DNA from: Candidatus Cloacimonadales bacterium
GTDB lineage: Bacteria; Cloacimonadota; Cloacimonadia; Cloacimonadales; JAFGVF01
Direction of reading: 5' to 3'
NCBI GenBank assembly: GCA_963667035.1
Contig: OY762964.1
Span: forward strand, 2,880,001-2,944,000
Length of the DNA stretch: 64,000 bases
Under the pieces are notes generated by a model. That model was not told the DNA's origin and ran no database searches. It worked only from the letters and a program-made list of their open reading frames with translations. Each line of letters starts with the position of its first letter. The stretch's first letter is position 1. This document shows positions 58,637 to 64,000 of the stretch, piece after piece. The position numbers were made by a program, and so were the translations under genes.

Positions 58637-61600
58637 CTAATTAATTACACCAACTTTGCCTTTTTTACAATAATCTCCCATTCTGATAATATAGAAATAG
58701 ATTCCAGATGATACTTTCTTCCCTTTATTATTGGTAAGATCCCAAGTAAATCGAGACTTGTTTTTGAGACCGTTCTTATAGATTAAGTCTCCTGAAGTAT
58801 CATAAATATAAATATTCCCTTTCTTGTTCTCCGGTAAGGCAATGAAATTAATGACCGGATTAGCATCAGATTTCTCTAAGTATACAGGATTAGGGTAAAC
58901 TTTAATGTCTTCTGGTTCTAAAATGAAATTGGCAAGATTCCTAGAATTCAGAATATTATTACCTGCAAGGTCACGAACATTTGTCAATCTGACAAAGTAT
59001 GGTTCCATAGAATAAACAATTTTTTCTTTGAGTGTTATTTCGGCAACCTTTTCTTGATTCTCCCATTTATATTCAACGAAAACTATTTCATTTCCATAAT
59101 CATTAATGGGAGGATTTAACTCATAGTTATTTAAATCATTTATATCGGAAACCATCATCTCTTCACTAAAATGAATTCTAACAGCTTTATCGGAAACAAT
59201 TACAGCATCTTCAATAAAAGGTGAGAGCATATCATCATGATAACTGAAAGGTACTATCATGTTAACAGGAACTCCCATATCACTTCTTAGATTTGATATT
59301 GATAAAGAATAATTTGAGCTATTTCTATCAAAATTGTCTCTGAATCTAAGCAATAATCTCTTTCTGTCATTTAATATATTAACAGAATGAGGATTGCCAA
59401 TATCATTATTAACACTATAGAAACCTATGTTATAAGCATCACTTGATAATTTTTTATCAAATGTTAAACGTAACTGATTTGGAGCTAACATCTTAATCTC
59501 TTGAAGTACAGGCTCCGGATCAGGTACTATTGTTTTATGGGCAGTAGAATGTGATTCTGATGGATTCTGACTTGAATTACATGCTGTAACATAATATGTG
59601 TACTGACTACCATACTCTAGTAAAGTATCAGAGTACTCCAAATCATAAACAGGTATAGTCCAATCTCCATACGGACCTGTTCTGTAGACATTGTAATATT
59701 CTGCTCCTTGTACACTCTTCCATGACAGCTTAGAAGTTCTACCGTCAATAAGAGATAATCTGAAGTTCTCCGGAACAGGGATATTCTCAACATATTGGTC
59801 ATCTTTTGTATAAAGAACTGAAATTACATTCTCATTTTCATCAACATCATTGACCAAAATTGAGTTATTACCATTAATCCTAACAGGGACAATTCTATAA
59901 GCCCAAGAACAATCTCCATGCCAGATTGGGGTTAATTCATTATTTTGGTAATCAACAATATATAAGTCTGGAGAAAAACCTAAGATAAGCTCCATATCTC
60001 CATCATTATCTAGATCGGCAGCTTTTATTGAGTTTTTACTCTGCTTTCTGTCGAACATCAATCTACTGATAGGTTCATATTGGTTTTCTCCAATAGAATC
60101 AAATAGCTCCAAATACCAGAAGTTATTGTTAGAATTATATGGATCGTCATTATAACCTACTACAACGAAATCATTAGTTCCATCTCCTGTAAAATCGCCT
60201 GTCTCAAGATAATATGTATTGGCAACTGCAAATTGAAAAGACCAAACGGGGGTAAGGGGGGTATTAGATTCTGTGAATTCATAAATCATTACATCACCTT
60301 CAGTGTCTGCTGTCAGAATATCTACTCTGTTATCATAATCAAGTCTTGCAGTAGCTATGCTTGGTACAAAAGAGTTTCTTTGATTTGTTGCTGAGTTATT
60401 TCTTAATTTAGCTACAGTTGTATATTCTCCATTAACAATCTTTTTTATTTCCCAAATTCTCTCGGAAGAATCATTTTTAAGAAGTAGGAGCTCATCTGTT
60501 CCATTAAGATTAACATCTTTAAAGTATCCACCGGCACATCCTGTTTCGGTCCAGTTTGGTGAGCTTAATGGATATGTAGCAGTACTAGAAGTATCATGAA
60601 GATATATTGTGTCTAGATTCAAGCCTAGAACTTCAAGTCCGGTTGCATTGGTATTGCCAATATCGTAGGGCCAAAACTTTTTATTGAAACTATAAACTAT
60701 TGATAATGAGTCTCCTAGCTCATATATATTCACATCATCATAACTATTCTCTACTAAATTCATTCCCACAATCTCAAGTAGTCCATTGTTATTGAAATCA
60801 TAGGTTTCAGGAATTGCTACAATTCCTTTACCAACTTTCTTTCTGTTCCACCCATTGATAGAAGAAGAGTGATAGACAACATTGTATAAATACTGAGAAT
60901 TAGTTGATATTCCGCAATCATTCGTTGCTTTAATATCGAAGAAATATGGACCTTCAGGTAAGTCATTGGGTAACTTAACAGTTTGTAATTGTTCCGGATA
61001 TGTTGATAAGGCTTTATATGAGTTATTGTTAAAATCTGTACAAGTTATATCCAAAACAACTTTTTCGTTATACAATGCCTGTAAGAAAAAGTTCATATTC
61101 TCCGAATTATATCTCGGATAAATCATCACACTTTGATCATTGACAATTGGAGCTGTACGATCTAGCCTAAAAGTTCTAATAACATCAAAAGAATCATAGT
61201 TTCTATCTGTAACTCTTAATCTTATCCTATAATCACTATCAGGGAGGTCATCAAGAAATTCAAATATGGCGAGAGTATCATTTAAAACCTCTTCAGTAAA
61301 CTCAGTAGGCTTATTATTATGAGTAACAATATCCTTCCAGTCTAAGGAAGTTGGGACATCTGCCATGCTGTACATAAGAGTATAGTGTAGAAAGTTATTA
61401 ACGGCAACTGTTCCAATGATAGGAAAATCATCAGAATAACCGGCAAAATCAGTTGGTGACATAAGTTTCAAATCAGGAATAGAGCTATCAAGAAGAAGCC
61501 TGTATGCATTCACCTTCCCGTAACCATATAAATCATCTTTCCCGGATTCCCCTAAATCATCACAAGTAGACAGTAGCTTTGCTCTTACTTCTTCATATGT

Positions 61601-62833
61601 TAGGTTAATATTTTTTGATAATAAAAGACTGATGCAACCTGCGACATGTGGGGCAGCCATTGATGTTCCCGATTGATTATCATAAGTAAAATGCTCTCCG
61701 TCACTGTATGTACTTAATATTATTTCTCCTGGAGCAACTAAATCAAGATCAGGTCCGTATGTTGAGAAACTAGATATTTCGTCATCACGTCCGATAGAGC
61801 CAACTGATATCACATTTGCCAATCTTGCAGGATAACTCAAGACGGGACCTGGGGTATTTCCTGCAGAAGCGACAATAATTGAGCCTTGCTCGTAAGCATA
61901 TTCACAGGCATCTGCAATGATGGGAGAATATTCACTGTCTCCCCAACTCAAATTAATGACATGTGCTCCACTGTTTACAGCATATATAATAGCAGCAGCA
62001 GCATCATCATCTTGAAGATAGCCGGTACCCTCTAAGGTTCTGAAACCTGCTCTGACCGGTAATATTTTTGAATTCCAGTTAATACCTGAAATTCCGATTG
62101 AATTATTAGTGTTTGCACAGATAATACCGCTCACATGAGTACCATGGTAGTTTTCATCAGCAGGATCATTATCTTGGTCATAATAATCACCTAAAGCAAT
62201 TTCTTCGAGTTCTGGAGCATCGGAGAAATCCCATCCACAAATATCATCAACAAATCCGTTCCCGTCATCATCAATTCCATTTATATCGTCCGGGTCATAT
62301 TCTCCTGTTATTGGATCCATAACAAATCCGTCTCCATCAGCATCTTCTCCGTAATTTAACTTAGTACGTCCTTGTAAATCCGGATGATCTCTTAAAATAC
62401 CTGAGTCAATAACAGCTACAGTTACATTCTGGTTTCCTCTTTCTATATCCCAAGCATCTAGTAGTCCAATAGTTGATAGCTCTTGACTATAGAAGTAACT
62501 ATCATTAGGAGTAATGTACATCTCGTTAAGGTTATTAACTTGTACATATTCGATGCCTTTGATTCTTAAGTTCTCCACTTCATTTCTAGATACTTCATTA
62601 TTCAGATAGACTACATAATAATTCATCCCCGGAATTGGTACCTTTTTAATGCCTTTAACACTTTTCGATTGAAGGAAATCATCCAATTCATTTATACCGA
62701 ATAAATTCCCTCTTACTCTAAGAGCAGTATTACTTTTTACAATAACTTCTCTCGGAGTATAATTGCCGGCATGAAGGGAGCAAATTAGTCCGAATAATAA
62801 CACCAGTAATGTAGCTTTTGCTGTATTTCTCAT
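58637..62833 (-). CDS. Secreted S8 subtilisin-like protease with FG-GAP-like repeats, FN3 and T9SS-type CTD
   Basis: VAVIDSG, HGTHVSG, GTSMAAPH triad; DFTGDG, DLDNDGD repeats; VYPNPV...SSGIYFY. Confidence 0.92.
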   Translation of the reverse strand: MRNTAKATLLVLLFGLICSLHAGNYTPREVIVKSNTALRVRGNLFGINELDDFLQSKSVKGIKKVPIPGMNYYVVYLNNEVSRNEVENLRIKGIEYVQVNNLNEMYITPNDSYFYSQELSTIGLLDAWDIERGNQNVTVAVIDSGILRDHPDLQGRTKLNYGEDADGDGFVMDPITGEYDPDDINGIDDDGNGFVDDICGWDFSDAPELEEIALGDYYDQDNDPADENYHGTHVSGIICANTNNSIGISGINWNSKILPVRAGFRTLEGTGYLQDDDAAAAIIYAVNSGAHVINLSWGDSEYSPIIADACEYAYEQGSIIVASAGNTPGPVLSYPARLANVISVGSIGRDDEISSFSTYGPDLDLVAPGEIILSTYSDGEHFTYDNQSGTSMAAPHVAGCISLLLSKNINLTYEEVRAKLLSTCDDLGESGKDDLYGYGKVNAYRLLLDSSIPDLKLMSPTDFAGYSDDFPIIGTVAVNNFLHYTLMYSMADVPTSLDWKDIVTHNNKPTEFTEEVLNDTLAIFEFLDDLPDSDYRIRLRVTDRNYDSFDVIRTFRLDRTAPIVNDQSVMIYPRYNSENMNFFLQALYNEKVVLDITCTDFNNNSYKALSTYPEQLQTVKLPNDLPEGPYFFDIKATNDCGISTNSQYLYNVVYHSSSINGWNRKKVGKGIVAIPETYDFNNNGLLEIVGMNLVENSYDDVNIYELGDSLSIVYSFNKKFWPYDIGNTNATGLEVLGLNLDTIYLHDTSSTATYPLSSPNWTETGCAGGYFKDVNLNGTDELLLLKNDSSERIWEIKKIVNGEYTTVAKLRNNSATNQRNSFVPSIATARLDYDNRVDILTADTEGDVMIYEFTESNTPLTPVWSFQFAVANTYYLETGDFTGDGTNDFVVVGYNDDPYNSNNNFWYLELFDSIGENQYEPISRLMFDRKQSKNSIKAADLDNDGDMELILGFSPDLYIVDYQNNELTPIWHGDCSWAYRIVPVRINGNNSILVNDVDENENVISVLYTKDDQYVENIPVPENFRLSLIDGRTSKLSWKSVQGAEYYNVYRTGPYGDWTIPVYDLEYSDTLLEYGSQYTYYVTACNSSQNPSESHSTAHKTIVPDPEPVLQEIKMLAPNQLRLTFDKKLSSDAYNIGFYSVNNDIGNPHSVNILNDRKRLLLRFRDNFDRNSSNYSLSISNLRSDMGVPVNMIVPFSYHDDMLSPFIEDAVIVSDKAVRIHFSEEMMVSDINDLNNYELNPPINDYGNEIVFVEYKWENQEKVAEITLKEKIVYSMEPYFVRLTNVRDLAGNNILNSRNLANFILEPEDIKVYPNPVYLEKSDANPVINFIALPENKKGNIYIYDTSGDLIYKNGLKNKSRFTWDLTNNKGKKVSSGIYFYIIRMGDYCKKGKVGVIN

Positions 62834-62846
62834 AGCTTACCTTTAA

Positions 62847-63746
62847 TTAGAATTTATAGGATACACCAATCATGTTTACAGAATCAATTTCTTCAACGGC
62901 AGGAATGTAAGCGTAGTTAATATCAATCTTCTCTAACTTAATACCCGCACCGAATGAAAACTCTTCCGTATCATAATTAAATCTGTAACCTGTACGTAAG
63001 AAAAGGAGACCTCTATAACCACCTTCTACACCGAAAGCTGCTTTGAAATTATTATCCTTTTCCTGAGTTGCTTTTAGATCAGTGTTTATTACAAAACTTT
63101 CCATTTCCACAACATGAGTTATACCACCCTCCACAGTTAAGGGTAAATCAATTGATTCAGATTCCATCTTATTAGTCCCACCTAAGTGTTTAAGTGATAC
63201 GTAGGCATTAGTACCCCTGATTGGAGTTTTATAGATATATCCTAAGTCAAAAGAAGCTCCTGCACATGTTGAAGTGTCTAGTTTCTCATATATAAAGCTA
63301 CCGTTAACACCAATGTAATGGTTAGGATTTAATCTGAAAGCCCAGTTTAGAGTTAGTTGAAAATCAATTGGGTAGTAGTCATTAAAATAAGTTCCCACAT
63401 AGTCTCTACGCTCGAAATTACCGTAATCAAGATATTTAAAGCCAAGTCCTATATGGTGATTTCCTTTTGGATAAGTATAGGCTAAAGTTGTTAATGATGT
63501 GTCAAAAATCCAAAAGCTTTGATTTACGGATATTGATCTATTTTCGTTCATTAGACCTGCAGCTGCGTTATCCCAAAATACTGACCCGTTATCTGCAAAA
63601 AGCATACCTGTTCCCGCCATACCTGATTGAGAAGCATTAGGTGAAATCTGTAACATCTGAAATCCATTTTCACCTTCATAATCGGCTTGCAATAACACAA
63701 CCAATGTCAGAAAAAGACCTATTATAATTATTCTATGTATTCTCAT
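62847..63746 (-). CDS. PorV/PorQ-family outer-membrane protein
   Basis: FQMLQISPNASQSGMAG...FWDNAAA, LRTGY, FSFGAG, C-terminal GVSYKF. Confidence 0.82.
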   Translation of the reverse strand: MRIHRIIIIGLFLTLVVLLQADYEGENGFQMLQISPNASQSGMAGTGMLFADNGSVFWDNAAAGLMNENRSISVNQSFWIFDTSLTTLAYTYPKGNHHIGLGFKYLDYGNFERRDYVGTYFNDYYPIDFQLTLNWAFRLNPNHYIGVNGSFIYEKLDTSTCAGASFDLGYIYKTPIRGTNAYVSLKHLGGTNKMESESIDLPLTVEGGITHVVEMESFVINTDLKATQEKDNNFKAAFGVEGGYRGLLFLRTGYRFNYDTEEFSFGAGIKLEKIDINYAYIPAVEEIDSVNMIGVSYKF

Positions 63747-63755
63747 TTATATCTC

Positions 63756-64000
63756 CTATTTCTCTATCGCAAATCTTAACTTTTTGGTCTCCCCTTCTGC
63801 TTGAAGAAGTATAAAGTAGACGCCTGAGCTAATCTTGTCTGCATTAAGCTTAACTTTGTCTATATTGCTCATGTAAGCTTGACACTCAATCTTTTCTGAA
63901 TAAATGCAGTTGCCTGCAATGTCAAATACTTTTATTTTAACTTTTGTTGTTTTACTAACCATCAGCTTTAAGAATAAAGCATCACTATAAACAGCTTTGT
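63756..64000 (-). CDS. 3' end of a T9SS-type CTD protein (extends beyond the window)
   Basis: Frame is open to the window edge; KIKVFDIAGN...SSGVYF...KKLRFAIEK. Confidence 0.8.
   Translation of the reverse strand, partial: KAVYSDALFLKLMVSKTTKVKIKVFDIAGNCIYSEKIECQAYMSNIDKVKLNADKISSGVYFILLQAEGETKKLRFAIEK

Noticed and set aside
1051..59802. Short overlapping or antisense ORFs in the track (e.g. 1994-2218, 3629-3982, 6972-7424, 21508-21804, 22358-22708, 29943-30293, 52145-52501, 54988-55182)
   Set aside because: They are shadows of well-supported genes or IS ends, with no motifs or RBS.

Overview
AT-rich chromosomal window from a diderm anaerobe, probably Candidatus Cloacimonadota or a related FCB-group lineage. 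This is inferred from gingipain-type C25 peptidases, YPNPFNP/FlgD-Ig C-terminal sorting domains and a PorV-like gene. Left to right it holds: repeat-rich intergenic DNA with REP-like hairpins and an hsdM remnant; a selenium operon whose selD has an in-frame UGA (Sec) plus SECIS-like hairpin; an IS4-family element; rpmH-rnpA-yidD-yidC-jag; Rgp-like and Kgp-like C25 proteases flanking an unannotated ~280-nt structured RNA candidate; a recJ-lnt-merR operon; a GAF pseudokinase/hybrid kinase/response regulator locus; mfd; an M6 protease and a repeat surface protein; an HhH-beta-barrel/FadL-like barrel/5'-nucleotidase/ferritin-like operon followed by guaD; thpR-recA-recX-iaaA; a second, internally deleted IS4 copy; greA; and an S8 protease-PorV cluster. 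The best candidates for undescribed biology are the HhH-barrel/nucleotidase operon (possible extracellular-DNA scavenging) and the structured RNA at 17462-17739. No rRNA, tRNA, CRISPR array or prophage was seen. All family calls come from motifs recognised by eye; no searches were run.
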